DNA of 64,000 nt, from positions 2,837 through 66,836 of the forward strand of contig CANQBO010000003.1 of the NCBI GenBank assembly GCA_947589475.1, read 5' to 3'. Shown piece after piece: positions 63,268 to 64,000 of this stretch (positions are counted from its first letter, which is position 1; each line of letters begins with the position of its first letter). Both the position numbers and the translations under genes were made by a program. Under the pieces are notes generated by a model. It ran no database searches and was not told the origin of the DNA. It worked only from the letters and a program-made list of their open reading frames with translations. This stretch comes from an uncultured Clostridia bacterium (GTDB lineage Bacteria > Bacillota > Clostridia > Christensenellales > CAG-917).

Positions 63268-63370
63268 CAATATAATATGACGTCAATTTGATACGAGAGA
63301 AGAAAAATTGCAAAAAAGTTGTGCAGACCAAAAGCACTGCCGTAATGACAATTGTCGATATACGCTTGCA

Positions 63371-63400
63371 AAAAAAAGCCCTTCCGTCTGATGGAAGGGC
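63371..63400 (-). terminator. Rho-independent terminator of glyQS
   Basis: GCCCTTCC-GTCTGAT-GGAAGGGC, followed by TTTTTTT on the minus strand. Confidence 0.7.
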
Positions 63401-63425
63401 GTTTCAATGCTTTGGATTTGTGTTT

Positions 63426-64000
63426 TTAATATTTGAGTTGCTCGTCGAAGTAGCTTGCCAAAGTGTCTATGGGCAGGCGGATCTGGGACATGCTGTCGCG
63501 CTCGCGCACGGTGACGCAACCGTCCTCAAGGGAATCGAAGTCCACTGTGACGCAATATGGGGTGCCTATCTCGTCCTGACGACGATAGCGCTTGCCGATG
63601 GACGCGGACGTGTCGAAGTCGCAGGCGAAGTGTTTGGAAAGGTCGAGATATATCTCTTCCGCCTTGTCGTTGAGCTGTTTTTGCAGAGGCAGAACGGCGA
63701 CTTTTACGGGCGCGAGAGCGTGGTGCAGATGCAACACTACGCGGGTGTCGCCTTCGCCGACTTGCTCCTCGTCGTAGGCGTCGCACAGGAACGCGAGGAA
63801 AACGCGGTCCGCGCCGAGGGACGGCTCGATGACATAGGGCACATATTTCTCGTTGGTGACGGGATCGGTGTAGCTCAAGTCCTTGCCGCTCGTCTTGATG
63901 TGCTGATTGAGGTCATAGTCCGTGCGATCCGCAACGCCCCACAGCTCGCCCCAACCGAAGGGGAAGTTGTATTCGAAGTCCGTCGTGGCTTTTGAGTAGA
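63426..64000 (-). CDS. glyQS: Glycine--tRNA ligase (class II, dimeric type), C-terminal part; the gene continues beyond the window
   Basis: The frame is open to the window edge. Translation: ...[58 protein letters not shown]...[20 protein letters not shown]. The M at 63878 in the ORF track is an internal TTG. Confidence 0.9.
   Translation of the reverse strand, partial: YSKATTDFEYNFPFGWGELWGVADRTDYDLNQHIKTSGKDLSYTDPVTNEKYVPYVIEPSLGADRVFLAFLCDAYDEEQVGEGDTRVVLHLHHALAPVKVAVLPLQKQLNDKAEEIYLDLSKHFACDFDTSASIGKRYRRQDEIGTPYCVTVDFDSLEDGCVTVRERDSMSQIRLPIDTLASYFDEQLKY

Noticed and set aside
63288-63995. 235-aa ORF on the plus strand at the window end
   Set aside because: It is antisense to glyQS, whose translation matches glycyl-tRNA synthetase along its whole length.

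Overview
This 64-kb chromosomal segment looks like a spore-forming Clostridia-type Firmicute. Coding density is high on both strands, and most long ORFs antisense to real genes are codon-bias shadows. Most of it is housekeeping: ttcA-like, sdaA, a lipid kinase, yidD, spoVG, murC, a SpoVB/MurJ-like flippase, ppx, maf, an mreB-like gene, minD, minE, an S2P protease, a ROK glucokinase, a radical-SAM/DUF2344/RNase G cluster, rex and glyQS (3' part). There are also several transporters: GPH/MFS, MATE, a MacB-like fused ABC protein, and a TetR-linked ABC-2 system with two ATPases. Two stretches (about 1-5.1 kb and about 57.1-63.4 kb) look clearly more A+T-rich by eye (not computed) and carry accessory genes. 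I found no rRNA, tRNA, CRISPR array, transposase or integrase. The items most worth a second look are listed below.
- **Heptamer array (25130-25370):** seven perfect plus three near-perfect same-strand TGTCGAA heptamers (the canonical Spo0A '0A box') in a 500-nt non-coding gap.
- **Candidate defence genes (1963-4892):** a solitary ATPase-Toprim (OLD/PARIS-fusion-like) gene convergent with a stand-alone ComEC-type MBL hydrolase, inside the first AT-rich stretch.
- **SCIFF ranthipeptide pair (54215-55806):** a 48-aa six-cysteine precursor that the 60-aa ORF track misses, plus its radical-SAM/SPASM maturase.
- **Candidate small RNA (22973-23145):** a promoter-to-terminator unit of about 170 nt next to spoVG.
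- **Structured repeat elements:** a 124-nt three-tier hairpin abutting the rex stop codon, and a duplicated 18-nt palindrome bracketing about 300 nt of non-coding DNA.
- **Giant surface protein (28637-33307):** 1556 aa, anchored at both ends, built from five CBM-like modules.

All family assignments come from motifs I recognise in the translations. No database search was run.
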